Origin: Actinomycetota bacterium
GTDB lineage: Bacteria; Actinomycetota; UBA4738; CALAEC01
Direction: 5' to 3'
Length of the DNA stretch: 64,000 nt
NCBI GenBank assembly: GCA_036001425.1
Contig: DASYUI010000038.1
Coordinates: forward strand, 8,139-72,138
Under the pieces are notes generated by a model. That model saw nothing but the letters and a program-made list of their open reading frames with translations. It was not told the DNA's origin and made no database searches. A program made the position numbers and the translations under genes. Of this stretch, positions 10,531 to 20,310 are shown in pieces; position 1 is the stretch's first letter; the number at the start of each line of letters is the position of its first letter.

Positions 10531-11491
10531 CGGCCCGGCGCGGTCCGATGGACCAGCCCCCAGCAAGGACGGCAACGCCGGAGCTGCCGAGCGGATCCTG
10601 CGAGAGGTCGCCGGCGACCGCGTCCGGCGGGCGTTTCCTCTGGCCCGGCTCACCTCCTTCCGCTTGGGCGGTCCTGCGGCCCTGTACCTCGAAGCGGGGT
10701 CCCAGGAAGACCTCTCCGCGGTGGGACGCGCTCTCCGTGAGACGGGGCTCCCGTTCCTGGTCATCGGGAAGGGCTCGAACCTGCTCGTGTCCGACGGCGG
10801 GTTCCCGGGCCTGGTGCTCCGGCTCGGCCGGGCGTTCCGGTGGGCCGCCCGCGACGGTGATCGCATCACCGCCGGTGGAGCGATGCCGCTTCCGGCACTC
10901 GCCGGCGTGGCGCTCGCGCACTCGCTTGCCGGGCTGGAATTCGGCGTGGCCATCCCCGCGTCGCTGGGCGGCTCGGTCCGGATGAACGCGGGAGCACACG
11001 GGCGTTCGCTCGACGAGGTCCTGGAATCCGCCGAGGTGTTCCTCGCGGAGGAGGACCGCCTGAGCGTGGTGCTGGTGGAGGAGGCGGGATTCCGCTACCG
11101 CGATTCCACCCTGCCTGAGCGTAGCGTGGTGATCGGAGCAACCGTCCGGCTTCACCCGGGGGACCCGAGCGAGATCCGAGCCCTCATGGACGAGGCACGC
11201 CAGTGGCGCAGGGCCACCCAGCCTCTCGCCGAGCCCAACTGCGGAAGCGTCTTCAAGAACCCTCCCGGCGACCATGCGGCGCGGCTCGTTGAGGCGGCGG
11301 GAGCCAAGGGGCTCGCCGTCGGGGGCGCCGTGGTCTCCGAGAAGCATGCCAACTTCATCGTGGCTCGCGAGGGAGCCACGGCCCGGGACGTCCATCTCCT
11401 CATCGCGCTGGTGCGCGACCGGGTGCACGAACGCTTCGGCGTGAGGCTGGAGCCGGAGGTGCACCTGGTGGGAGAGTTCGATGAGCCGTAA
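10520..11491 (+). CDS. murB: UDP-N-acetylenolpyruvoylglucosamine reductase
   Basis: FAD-binding N-terminal segment (LTSFRLGGPA) and CGSVFKNP motif. 11-nt overlap with murC. Confidence 0.88.
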   Translation: MAADGPARSDGPAPSKDGNAGAAERILREVAGDRVRRAFPLARLTSFRLGGPAALYLEAGSQEDLSAVGRALRETGLPFLVIGKGSNLLVSDGGFPGLVLRLGRAFRWAARDGDRITAGGAMPLPALAGVALAHSLAGLEFGVAIPASLGGSVRMNAGAHGRSLDEVLESAEVFLAEEDRLSVVLVEEAGFRYRDSTLPERSVVIGATVRLHPGDPSEIRALMDEARQWRRATQPLAEPNCGSVFKNPPGDHAARLVEAAGAKGLAVGGAVVSEKHANFIVAREGATARDVHLLIALVRDRVHERFGVRLEPEVHLVGEFDEP

Positions 11492-12203
11492 GTCCGTGCC
11501 GCGGCGCCGGGCATGGGGCGGGATCGCCGTCCTCACCCTGACCGGGATGGTGGTCGGCGCATGGGCGGTGGCTGCTTCTCCGATCTTCCACATCCGCGAG
11601 GTGCGGGTGAACGGTAACCGGCACCTGTCTGCATCGGAGGTCGTGCGGCTCGCCGGGATCGCCGACGACGCCAATCTGCTCGCGCTCCCAGCCGAGGGCG
11701 TAGAGCGGGCGCTGGCGCGGAACCCATGGATCGGGTCTGCACAGGTACACCGCTCCCTCCCGTCCACCCTCGTCGTGACCATCGAGGAGCGCTCCCCGGT
11801 CGCCTGGGTAGGGCAGCCAAAGGGGGTCGCGGTGGTGGCGGCGGACGGAACCGTGCTCAGCCGCCGGACCAACCCTCCCGAAGGGATCGTGGCAATCGGC
11901 CGGTCGGGGCGGGCCCTTGGCCCCGGGGCCCGGATTCGCGGCTTCGATGATCAGCTGGCCGTCGTTGCGTCGCTGGGGCCCTCGCTGCGCAGGCAGGTGG
12001 AGCGCGCCCGGCTCGAGCGAGGGGAGATGGTCCTCCGCCTGGAGGACGGCACCCTGGTCCGGTACGGCGAGGCCCGGTACCTGAACGAGAAGAACGAAGC
12101 GCTCGCCAAGGTGCTTCGGTGGGCGGGAAAGCAGGGAGCGGAGCTCACCTATGTCGACCTCCGTGTGACGGGCAACCCCGCGGTGAAGGTCCGAGGGGCC
12201 TGA
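11481..12203 (+). CDS. ftsQ: Cell division protein FtsQ (POTRA domain)
   Basis: Single N-terminal TM followed by a POTRA-like segment (IREVRVNGNRHLSASEV). Conserved position immediately upstream of ftsZ. Confidence 0.75.
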   Translation: MSRKSVPRRRAWGGIAVLTLTGMVVGAWAVAASPIFHIREVRVNGNRHLSASEVVRLAGIADDANLLALPAEGVERALARNPWIGSAQVHRSLPSTLVVTIEERSPVAWVGQPKGVAVVAADGTVLSRRTNPPEGIVAIGRSGRALGPGARIRGFDDQLAVVASLGPSLRRQVERARLERGEMVLRLEDGTLVRYGEARYLNEKNEALAKVLRWAGKQGAELTYVDLRVTGNPAVKVRGA

Positions 12204-12252
12204 CTCCTCCCGAAAGGCCGTCTGAGCGGGCCCTCTCGACCTGAGCGTGGGG

Positions 12253-12281
12253 TTGACACCCTGGGTGGCCCTGTGTAAGTT
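12253..12281 (+). promoter_or_regulatory. Sigma-70-like promoter candidate for ftsZ (TTGACA-17 nt-TAAGTT)
   Basis: TTGACA at 12253-12258, a 17-nt spacer, TAAGTT at 12276-12281. Lies in the locally AT-richer ftsQ-ftsZ spacer. Confidence 0.45.
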
Positions 12282-12390
12282 ACTCCCCTTGTAGGTGAGG
12301 TTTACATAACACTGAACGTCCAGTAGAGGTTGAGACTGTCGGGCCGGAGGACGTTTTCGCAGGTAGAGGGGCAGAAGCGGCCGAGCCGAT

Positions 12391-13551
12391 GTGGCCGAGG
12401 ACACGGAGGCGAAGATGATGCAAGCTCCCCAGAACTACCTGGCGGTCATCAAGGTCGTCGGGATCGGTGGCGGCGGGGTCAACGCCATCAACCGAATGAT
12501 CGAGGCTGGACTCAAGGGCGTCGAGTTCATCGCGGTGAACACGGACGCTCAGACGCTCCTGATGTCCGAGGCCGACGTCAAGCTGGACATCGGCCGGGAG
12601 ACCACCCGTGGGCTGGGCTCCGGTTCGGACCCCGAGGTCGGCCGCCGGGCCGCCGACGAGCACGAGGCTGAGGTCGAGGAGATCCTCAAGGGCGCCGACA
12701 TGGTGTTCATCACGGCCGGCGAGGGCGGCGGCACGGGAACGGGCGGCTCGCCCGCGGTGGCGCGGATCGCCCGAGACCTGGGAGCACTCACCATCGGGGT
12801 GGTGACCCGGCCGTTCTCGTTCGAGGGAAAGCGTCGGGCCACCCAGGCGGAGATGGGGATCCAGGAACTCAAAGACAACGTCGACACGCTGATCATCGTT
12901 CCGAACGACCGGCTCCTTCAGATCTCCGACCCCGAGACGCCGATGCTCGACGCGTTCCGGATGGCCGACCAGGTCCTGTTTCAGGGCGTCGAGGGGATCA
13001 CCAGCCTGATCATGACCCCGGGGCTCATCAACCTGGACTTCGCGGACGTGAAGACCATTCTCACCGGCGCCGGGTCGGCGCTGATGGGGATCGGCCACGC
13101 CTCGGGCGAGGAGCGGGCCGAGGAGGCCGCCCGCGCGGCGGTGTCGTCGCCGCTCCTCGAGGCGTCCATCGAGGGGGCCAAGGGTGTCCTGCTGTCGATC
13201 GCCGGGCCGCACGACCTCGCCTTGCACGAGGTGAACCGGGCCGCCGAGGCGATCACCCGGGTGGCCCACCCCGACGCGAACATCATCTTCGGAGCGGTCA
13301 TCGATGACTCCCTCGGCGAGGAGTGCCGAGTGACGGTGATCGCGGCCGGGTTCGACAAGCTGGGCGGCATGGCGGCCGGCCGCATGGCCCGCCCAACGAT
13401 CAGCGAGTTCGAAGAGGAAGAGGAGGAAGTCCCGGTCCCGTCCCTGCTGTCGGAGCCCGGCGACGAGGAAGAGTTGTTCCAGCCGGCACCCTCCACGATC
13501 AAGATCGACGCGGACGACGAGCTCGACATCCCAGACTTCCTCAAGCGGTAG
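12391..13551 (+). CDS. ftsZ: Cell division GTPase FtsZ
   Basis: Tubulin signature GGGTGTGG, NAINRM, acidic linker and C-terminal DIPDFL peptide. Alternative start ATG 12415 has better GGAGG spacing than GTG 12391. Confidence 0.95.
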   Translation: MAEDTEAKMMQAPQNYLAVIKVVGIGGGGVNAINRMIEAGLKGVEFIAVNTDAQTLLMSEADVKLDIGRETTRGLGSGSDPEVGRRAADEHEAEVEEILKGADMVFITAGEGGGTGTGGSPAVARIARDLGALTIGVVTRPFSFEGKRRATQAEMGIQELKDNVDTLIIVPNDRLLQISDPETPMLDAFRMADQVLFQGVEGITSLIMTPGLINLDFADVKTILTGAGSALMGIGHASGEERAEEAARAAVSSPLLEASIEGAKGVLLSIAGPHDLALHEVNRAAEAITRVAHPDANIIFGAVIDDSLGEECRVTVIAAGFDKLGGMAAGRMARPTISEFEEEEEEVPVPSLLSEPGDEEELFQPAPSTIKIDADDELDIPDFLKR

Positions 13552-13793
13552 CCCGCAGACGTGGGGGCGGGGAGGGCCAACGAGGCGCCCTTCCCCCGTC
13601 TCGACGGAGGCTCTTCCCGTCCCCCACCAACCACCAGCGGCCTGTCTTGGTGGGCCCGAGCCGCTCGCTTCGGAGGCCCTCGCCAGCGACTCCGAAAAGC
13701 CGCTCCCGATAGCGCTTCATCGACCTAACACTGCTGGGCGCTCGCAGCCTTTCCTCCGTCGCCGGCTCGGGCGTTCAACCAGCCCTGTCTGGG

Positions 13794-14585
13794 TTGGCGG
13801 GATACGCTCGTCGCGTGGAACGCAGGACGATCGATGGCGTCAACTTCTTGATTGCCGAGGAGATGGAGCGGCATGGGTTCATCGCCGCCTACAGCGAGCG
13901 CACCGGCGGCGTTAGCCAGCCACCCTTCGACACGCTGAACCTCGGCTACGCGACCGGTGACCGCCCCGAGGATGTTCGCCAGAACCGGGACCGGCTCGTT
14001 CGAGCGCTCGGGGTCCGGGCGTTCGCCGTTGCGAAGCAGACCCACGAGTCGAACGTCGTCCGGGTAGGAGACAAGCGCGCGGGCGCCGGCTTCGCCGGCC
14101 CGCCGAGCCCACTGGGCGAGGCAGACGCGCTTGCCGTCTCCCGTCCCGGCCTGGCCGTCGCCGTGCTCGTCGCCGATTGCGTCCCGATCGCCCTCGCTTC
14201 CCCGGACCAGGGTGTGCTGGTCGCGGTGCACGCCGGTTGGCGCGGGATGGCCACCGACGTCGTGGGGCACACGCTCCGCCTGTTCGAGCGGCCGGGCGTG
14301 CTGGCCGCCATCGGGCCATCCATCGGCCCGTGCCACTTCGAGGTCGGAGAGGACGTTGCCGTGGCGGTCGCCGCGGGCTCGGAGGCGGGAGCCATCACCG
14401 AGCGGCGGGAGGGAAGGCTCTTCCTCGACCTGCCGGGCACGGTCGCCAGAGTCCTTCGCGCGGCCGGCGTGAGCAGGATCGAGGAGGCCGAAGTGTGCAC
14501 GGCTTGCGAGTCGGAGCGGTTCTTCTCCCACCGCCGCGATGGCGAGACCGGCCGGCAGGCGATGGTGGCGTTGCGGGCACCTTGA
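13794..14585 (+). CDS. pgeF: Peptidoglycan editing factor PgeF / YfiH (DUF152, laccase-domain) family protein
   Basis: Motifs ADCVPI, HAGWRG and CTACESERFFSHRR. Conserved position after ftsZ. TTG start uncertain. Confidence 0.85.
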   Translation: MAGYARRVERRTIDGVNFLIAEEMERHGFIAAYSERTGGVSQPPFDTLNLGYATGDRPEDVRQNRDRLVRALGVRAFAVAKQTHESNVVRVGDKRAGAGFAGPPSPLGEADALAVSRPGLAVAVLVADCVPIALASPDQGVLVAVHAGWRGMATDVVGHTLRLFERPGVLAAIGPSIGPCHFEVGEDVAVAVAAGSEAGAITERREGRLFLDLPGTVARVLRAAGVSRIEEAEVCTACESERFFSHRRDGETGRQAMVALRAP

Positions 14586-14588
14586 AGA

Positions 14589-15308
14589 ATGTGGCTGGAT
14601 TGGGGTTCCCTCCTTCCTGGAGCCGTGCCTGAGCCACTGGTAGAATCCGCCGGACCAGGGAAGGCCCTGGCCGCGGTCCGGCAGCGCATCGTCGAGGCAT
14701 GCCGTCGGGCCGATCGCCACCCGGATGACGTGCGCCTGATCGGCGTCACGAAATCCGTCCCCCCAGCGGAGGTGCGTCGGGCCGCCGCGGCCGGGCTCCG
14801 AGAGCTCGGGGAGAACTACGTCGGGGAAATGGAGGCCAAGCGGGCAGCCGCTCCCGAGGCCACGTGGCACTTCATCGGACGGCTGCAACGGAACAAGGTG
14901 CGGCGGGTTCTCGACGTCGCGGACGTCGTGCAGACCCTCGAGCCCGGACGGGCCACCGAGCGGCTTGCGGAAGTGGCGGCCGAGCGCGAACGGGTGATGC
15001 GGTGCATGGTTGAGGTGGACTTCACGGGGTCACGGGTGGGCGTGGGCCCGGACCAGGCGGAGGAGTTCCTCGCTCGGCTGGAGCGGGTCCCCAGCCTGGA
15101 CGTGATCGGGCTCATGACGGTCGCTCCCCTGGACCGGCCGCCCCGGCCCTACTTCGCGCGGCTCCGTGAGCTGCGCGATCGGCTCTCGACGGTCTTCCCG
15201 AGCCTCCGGGAACTTTCCATGGGGATGTCGGCCGATTACGAGGAAGCGGTGGAGGAAGGCGCTACGATGGTGCGGGTCGGGTCGGCGATCTTCGGCCCCC
15301 GGCCGTAA
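14589..15308 (+). CDS. yggS: PLP homeostasis protein YggS/YlmE family
   Basis: PLP-lysine context IGVTKSV and HFIGRLQRNK. Start may be GTG 14625. Confidence 0.85.
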   Translation: MWLDWGSLLPGAVPEPLVESAGPGKALAAVRQRIVEACRRADRHPDDVRLIGVTKSVPPAEVRRAAAAGLRELGENYVGEMEAKRAAAPEATWHFIGRLQRNKVRRVLDVADVVQTLEPGRATERLAEVAAERERVMRCMVEVDFTGSRVGVGPDQAEEFLARLERVPSLDVIGLMTVAPLDRPPRPYFARLRELRDRLSTVFPSLRELSMGMSADYEEAVEEGATMVRVGSAIFGPRP

Positions 15309-15319
15309 GGAGGGAAACC

Positions 15320-15790
15320 ATGGCAGGGGTGTGGCGGAAGACACTTACGTACTTGGGGCTCGTCGAGGACGAGGAGCTCGAGGAGGCCGGCACCGAGCCC
15401 GTCGCCGGACCGGGCCCGGTCCGGCGGCTGCCACACTCGGGGACCGTCGGCCGGACGACGCCCGAACGGGCGGAGTCCATCGTCCGCACCATCCCCGCCT
15501 CCCGTCCCATGGCGTCCACGATTCACCGGGCCGAACCGAAACGGTTCAACGAGGCACGGGAGCTGGGGGAGAAGTACAAGGATGGGGTCCCCGTGATCAT
15601 GAACCTCCAGGGGACCGAGGACTCGATCGCCCGGCGTCTGGTGGACTTCGCCTCGGGGCTGGTCTTCGGGCTGAACGGCAAGATCGAGCTCGTCGCCAGC
15701 CGCGTGTATCTCCTCACGCCCCAGGACATCGAGGTCTCCGCGGAGGAGCGGGAGCGCCTCCGGGAGGGTGGGTTCTATAACTTCAGCTAG
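15320..15790 (+). CDS. sepF: Cell division protein SepF
   Basis: N-terminal MAGVWRKTLTYLGL amphipathic motif and conserved C-terminal SepF core (PVIMNLQ...DFASG). ylm synteny. Confidence 0.85.
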   Translation: MAGVWRKTLTYLGLVEDEELEEAGTEPVAGPGPVRRLPHSGTVGRTTPERAESIVRTIPASRPMASTIHRAEPKRFNEARELGEKYKDGVPVIMNLQGTEDSIARRLVDFASGLVFGLNGKIELVASRVYLLTPQDIEVSAEERERLREGGFYNFS

Positions 15791-15850
15791 CGTGACTCCG
15801 CGCCGCGGCGGCGGTCTCCCTCCCCGTCGGCCGGGCGCACTTCCGAGCCC

Positions 15851-16114
15851 ATGGATGTAGTCCTCGACGTCCTCTGCATCCTCCTGCGCATCTACTGGCT
15901 GGTGCTCTTCGTGCGCATCATCTTCTCGTGGTTCCCTCCCCCCGCCTCCGGGCCCGGGCGGGTCATCTTCGAGGTGATCCACGACCTCACCGAGCCGGTC
16001 CTCGGGCTGGTCCGGGGGCTCCTACCCGCCATTAGGATGGGGGCCATGGGTCTGGACCTGTCACCGATCATCGTCTTCGTCGCCATAGCGGTGCTCCAGC
16101 AGGCGCTCTGCTAG
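15851..16114 (+). CDS. yggT: YggT/YlmG family small membrane protein
   Basis: 87-aa two-TM protein with the RIIFSWFPP motif. Conserved between sepF and divIVA. Confidence 0.8.
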   Translation: MDVVLDVLCILLRIYWLVLFVRIIFSWFPPPASGPGRVIFEVIHDLTEPVLGLVRGLLPAIRMGAMGLDLSPIIVFVAIAVLQQALC

Positions 16115-16135
16115 AGCGACGCGCGGAGGTGCCTG

Positions 16136-16939
16136 ATGATGAAGAGAAGGAAGGACAAGGCCGACGCCCCGACGGGCTTCGCCGAACCGGATCTCGAGCC
16201 GGCCTCGCGTCCCCGGCTGACACCGGATGAAGTTCAGACGAAGGAGTTCCGCCTGGCGTTTCGCGGCTACCACGAAGGAGAGGTCGACGAGTTCCTGGAC
16301 CACGTGACGGAGGACCTCGCAGCTCTCCACGAAGAGAACAAGCGGCTCCGGGAGCAGGTGGGAGACCCCCTGGGCGGGCCCGTCGACCTCCAGGCCGCAG
16401 AAGAACGAGCCGAGCGCATCGTACGGGAGGCTCGGGAGCATGCCGCCCGGCTCGTCGCGGAGGCCGAGCGCCGTGCGGGGGACCTCTCCGGAAGCGGCGG
16501 TGAGGGGGACGCCACGCCGAGCTGGTACCTGCTCCAGGAACGGGACTTCCTCGAGCGCCTTGCCTCTCTGGTGAAGGACCACGCCGAGGACCTCAAGCAG
16601 AGAGCCCGATCCCGGCCGCAAGAGCAAGCCGACCTCGCGGAAGTATCGGACTCGGTGCCCGTGGCCCAGCCCGCTCCTGAGAAGGTGCTCGTGGTCGAGG
16701 AGAGTGCCGCGGAGGAGACCGAGGGGAACCTAGAAGAGGACCGGGACGAGTCGAATCCGGGCGAGGACCGGATCGACCTGACCCCGCTCGAAGCCACCGC
16801 GCCGATGAGCTCCGTGGGCGCGGTGGAGGAGCACGATCTCCTCAGGGATTGGGACGAGCGGGTCCCCGAAGAGGACTCCCGCCGACGCAAGGAAGAGGGC
16901 GCCTCCCTCAAGGAGCTCTTCTGGGGAGAGGACTCGTGA
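16136..16939 (+). CDS. divIVA: DivIVA/Wag31 family polar growth and division protein
   Basis: N-terminal DivIVA motif LTPDEVQTKEFRLAFRGYHEGEVDEFLD followed by coiled-coil and an acidic tail. Confidence 0.85.
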   Translation: MMKRRKDKADAPTGFAEPDLEPASRPRLTPDEVQTKEFRLAFRGYHEGEVDEFLDHVTEDLAALHEENKRLREQVGDPLGGPVDLQAAEERAERIVREAREHAARLVAEAERRAGDLSGSGGEGDATPSWYLLQERDFLERLASLVKDHAEDLKQRARSRPQEQADLAEVSDSVPVAQPAPEKVLVVEESAAEETEGNLEEDRDESNPGEDRIDLTPLEATAPMSSVGAVEEHDLLRDWDERVPEEDSRRRKEEGASLKELFWGEDS

Positions 16940-16972
16940 GCCTCCTCCCGCAGGTCCGGTAGGCACGAGAAA

Positions 16973-17143
16973 GTGTATGCCGCGTCCCTGGTCCTCCTCG
17001 GGGCCGCGGCGGTGACGCTGGCGCTGGGCGTCCAGGCTGAGGGCCTTGGTCTTCTCTACGTTTCCATCGCCTGCAGCGCGCTGGCCTGGGTGGCGGTTTC
17101 ACTCGCGCTGTTGCGACGTCTTCGCCGGCCGCGTGCGCCCTAG
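16973..17143 (+). CDS. Possible 56-aa two-TM membrane protein (below the ORF-track size cut-off)
   Basis: GTG-initiated frame with high GC3. Two hydrophobic helices and an RRLRRPR tail. Its stop overlaps the ileS stop in a CTAG palindrome. Weak RBS. Confidence 0.3.
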   Translation: MYAASLVLLGAAAVTLALGVQAEGLGLLYVSIACSALAWVAVSLALLRRLRRPRAP

Positions 17144-20100
17144 GCCGCCCGCCGGAGCGTGATTCCCACCTCCACCCCGTCGAGTTCAGCGCTCTCACGT
17201 CGTGCCCCAGCCCAATCCTCCCCGGCGCCGTCCTCCAGCCGGACGGCCAGGACTTCGCCAGCGATCCAGTCCCGATGGGCGGCCACGGCATCCGCGGCCT
17301 CTCCGGAGGCCTCGATGGCCAGGTCGATGCGATCGGTCACGTCCAGCCCCGCGGCCTTGCGCGCGTCCTGAACCAGCCGGACCACATCGCGGGCCAGGCC
17401 TTCGAGCCGGAGGTCGGGGGTGATCTCCACGTCGAGGGCCACCGTGAGGCCGCCCTCGGCCGCCGCCACCCACCCGGCTCGAGTCTCCTGGACCAGGTTC
17501 ACGTCGTCGGGGTCGAGAGGAAGCTCCTCTCCGTCAACCACGACCGTGACCCGTTCGCCGCGGGCCAGGGCGGCGGCCAGGCCGCCATCGTCGCCCGTGA
17601 GCGCGGTGTTGACGTCCTTCACCCGGGGGCCCAGCCGCGGGCCCAGGACCCGGAAGTTGGGCCTGGCCCGCCAGTCCGCCAGCTCTTCCGCGGACTCGGA
17701 GAACACGACCTCGCGCACGTTGAGCTCCTGGGCGACCAGCGAGAGAAGTGGCTCGAGGGCGGCGCGGTCGCCCCGGTAGTGGATCAATGCTCGCCGGAGT
17801 GGCTGCCGAACCTTCACCCGGGCATCGTTGCGGACTCGTCGGCCGAGCTCGACGATGTCTCGGGCCGCCTGCATCGCTTCGTCCAGGGCATCGTCCACGA
17901 GCGACGGGTCGGTCTCAGGGTAGTCCGACAGATGCACCGATTCGGGGCGGCCGTCTCGCCCCGCTGCCAGGTTCCTCCAGATCTCCTCGGCCACGAAGGG
18001 GGTGAATGGGGCCAGCAACTGAGCCGCGGTCACCAGGCACTCGTGCAGCGTGAGGAAGGCCGCCGTCTTTTCCCGATCCTCCCCGGGGCGTGCGGGGTCC
18101 CAGAACCGGCGGCGGGCCCGCCGCACGTACCAGTTCGAGAGATCGTCAACGAACGAGTCGATGCACCGCCCGGCCGCTGTGGCGTCGTAGCTTTCGAGCC
18201 CCTCTCGGGCCGCGGTCACCGTCCGGGCGAGCTGCGAGAGGAGCCACCGGTCGAGGAGGGGCCGCTCGGCCGGAGGCACGTCCTGGGCCGCGGGGTCGAA
18301 CCCGTCCGCGTTCGCGTAGGTGACGAAGAACGAGTAGACGTTCCACAGGGTCAGCAGGAAGTGCCTGACCACCTCTTCGATGGCTTCGGGCGACACTCGA
18401 CGGTCGACCCAGGGTGATCCGCCGCTGATGAGGAACCAGCGCAGAGCGTCGGCCCCCTGCCGGTCCAGCACCGACCAGGGGTCGATCACGTTGCCCTGGC
18501 TCTTGGACATCTTCTGTCCGTCCGCGTCGAGGAGGAGCCCGAGGCACACGACGTTCCGGTAGGCCGTCGAGTCGAAGAGGAGGGTGCCCTCGGCCATCAG
18601 CGAGTAGAACCACCCCCGGGTCTGGTCGATGGCCTCGGCGATGAAATCGGCCGGGAACCGCTTCTCGAAAAGTTCGAGCCCGCGCCCCAGGTCTGGGTGA
18701 TACCCCCACTGGGCGAAGGGCATCGCCCCCGAGTCGTACCAAACGTCGATGAGGTCGGGCACGCGGCGGGACTCCTCTCCGCACTCCGGGCACCCGAGCG
18801 AGATCTGGTCGATGTCGGGACGGTGGGGATCCACGCTGGTGACGTCACGCCCGGCGAGGTCGGAGAGCTCCCTGAGCGACCCGACCACGGTGACGTGCTT
18901 GTTTGCGCACCGCCAAAGTGGGAGTGGTGTTCCCCAGTACCGCTCGCGGGACAGCGCCCAATCCACGTTGTTCTCCAGCCAGTCCCCGTACCGGCCGTGC
19001 TTGATCCGATCCGGGTACCAGTTCACCGACTCGTTCACCTCCAGCAGCCGGTCCTTCCTGGAGGTGGTCCGCACGTACCAGGATCTCCGCGACATGTAGA
19101 GGAGAGGCGTGTCGCATCTCCAGCACAGCGGATAGGTGTGCTCGTAGGTCTCCGCACGCAGTAGCAGGCCGCGCTTCCGAAGGTCGTCGGTGATGTCGGC
19201 GTCCGCGTCCTTCACGAAGCGGCCCCGGATCCACTCCACCGGGGTCTCGTCGGTGAACCGGCCGAAGTCGTCGAGGGGGTTGTAGGCCGGCCATCCCTCT
19301 CGCCGGCCGATGTCGAGGTCCTCCGCACCGAACCCCGGGGCGATGTGCACGATCCCCGTTCCCTCTTCCATGGAGACGAAGTCGGCCTCGACCACACGGT
19401 GGACGTCTCCCTCCACGTTGGCATACAAGGGCTCGTACCGCGCTCCGACGAGCGCCCGGCCCTCCAGTGTCTCAGCGTCCCGCCCCTCGTCCCTGAACAC
19501 CGACGCGCGCAACCGCTCCGCCACGACAAGCCGCTCGTTGTCCGACTCCAGCACGACGTACCGCTCGGCCGGATCGACGGCCAGGCCGAGGTTCGACGGC
19601 AACGTCCACGGGGTGGTCGTCCACGCCACGATCGCCGCCCCCACCAGGCTCCGGTCGGGACCGTCGACGATGGGAAACTTCACGAACACGCTGGGATCGA
19701 CCACCGTCGCGTAGCCCTGGGCGACCTCGTGGTCCGACAGCGGCGTGCTGCACCGGGGGCAGTAGGCCACGGACTTGTCGTCCTCGAACAGCAGACCCTG
19801 CCGGTAGAGCTCCTTCAGGGACCACCACACGCTCTCCACATACTGGGGGGTCATCGTCCAGTAGGCGTCGGACAGGTCGATCCAGAAGCCGATCCGCTCG
19901 GTGAGGCGCTCCCAGTCCTCGACGTACCGAGTCACCGACTCCCGGCAGAGCCGATTGAACTCCGCGACCCCGTACGCCTCGATGTCCCGCTTGCTCTTGG
20001 TGCCGATCTCCTTCTCCACCTCGATCTCGACGGGGAGGCCGTGGCAGTCCCATCCGGCCTTCCGGAACACGAAATGCCCGGTCATGGTCTTGAACCGCGG

Positions 20101-20310
20101 GTAGACGTCCTTGAACGTGCGCGACTCGACGTGATGGATCCCCGGCTTGCCGTTGGCCGTAGGGGGGCCCTCGTAGAACACCCATTCGGGCGCGTCCTTG
20201 CGGAGCTCGAGGCTCTTCTCGAAGATGCGAGCCTCCCTCCAGAAGGCCAGGACCCCCCGTTCGACGGCGGGAAGGTCCACCTTCGGGTCGACCGGCCGGT
20301 ACCCGGGCAC
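17140..20310 (-). CDS. ileS: Isoleucine--tRNA ligase (type 2, actinobacterial-like)
   Basis: Class I aaRS motifs PGIHHVESR (HIGH-type) and KMSKS. Start re-set to GTG 20310 (VPGYRPVDPKV) after the purine-rich GGAGAGGAGAAGAGGA. The upstream 51 codons of the track ORF run through the T-box leader. Confidence 0.93.
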   Translation of the reverse strand: MPGYRPVDPKVDLPAVERGVLAFWREARIFEKSLELRKDAPEWVFYEGPPTANGKPGIHHVESRTFKDVYPRFKTMTGHFVFRKAGWDCHGLPVEIEVEKEIGTKSKRDIEAYGVAEFNRLCRESVTRYVEDWERLTERIGFWIDLSDAYWTMTPQYVESVWWSLKELYRQGLLFEDDKSVAYCPRCSTPLSDHEVAQGYATVVDPSVFVKFPIVDGPDRSLVGAAIVAWTTTPWTLPSNLGLAVDPAERYVVLESDNERLVVAERLRASVFRDEGRDAETLEGRALVGARYEPLYANVEGDVHRVVEADFVSMEEGTGIVHIAPGFGAEDLDIGRREGWPAYNPLDDFGRFTDETPVEWIRGRFVKDADADITDDLRKRGLLLRAETYEHTYPLCWRCDTPLLYMSRRSWYVRTTSRKDRLLEVNESVNWYPDRIKHGRYGDWLENNVDWALSRERYWGTPLPLWRCANKHVTVVGSLRELSDLAGRDVTSVDPHRPDIDQISLGCPECGEESRRVPDLIDVWYDSGAMPFAQWGYHPDLGRGLELFEKRFPADFIAEAIDQTRGWFYSLMAEGTLLFDSTAYRNVVCLGLLLDADGQKMSKSQGNVIDPWSVLDRQGADALRWFLISGGSPWVDRRVSPEAIEEVVRHFLLTLWNVYSFFVTYANADGFDPAAQDVPPAERPLLDRWLLSQLARTVTAAREGLESYDATAAGRCIDSFVDDLSNWYVRRARRRFWDPARPGEDREKTAAFLTLHECLVTAAQLLAPFTPFVAEEIWRNLAAGRDGRPESVHLSDYPETDPSLVDDALDEAMQAARDIVELGRRVRNDARVKVRQPLRRALIHYRGDRAALEPLLSLVAQELNVREVVFSESAEELADWRARPNFRVLGPRLGPRVKDVNTALTGDDGGLAAALARGERVTVVVDGEELPLDPDDVNLVQETRAGWVAAAEGGLTVALDVEITPDLRLEGLARDVVRLVQDARKAAGLDVTDRIDLAIEASGEAADAVAAHRDWIAGEVLAVRLEDGAGEDWAGARRESAELDGVEVGITLRRAA

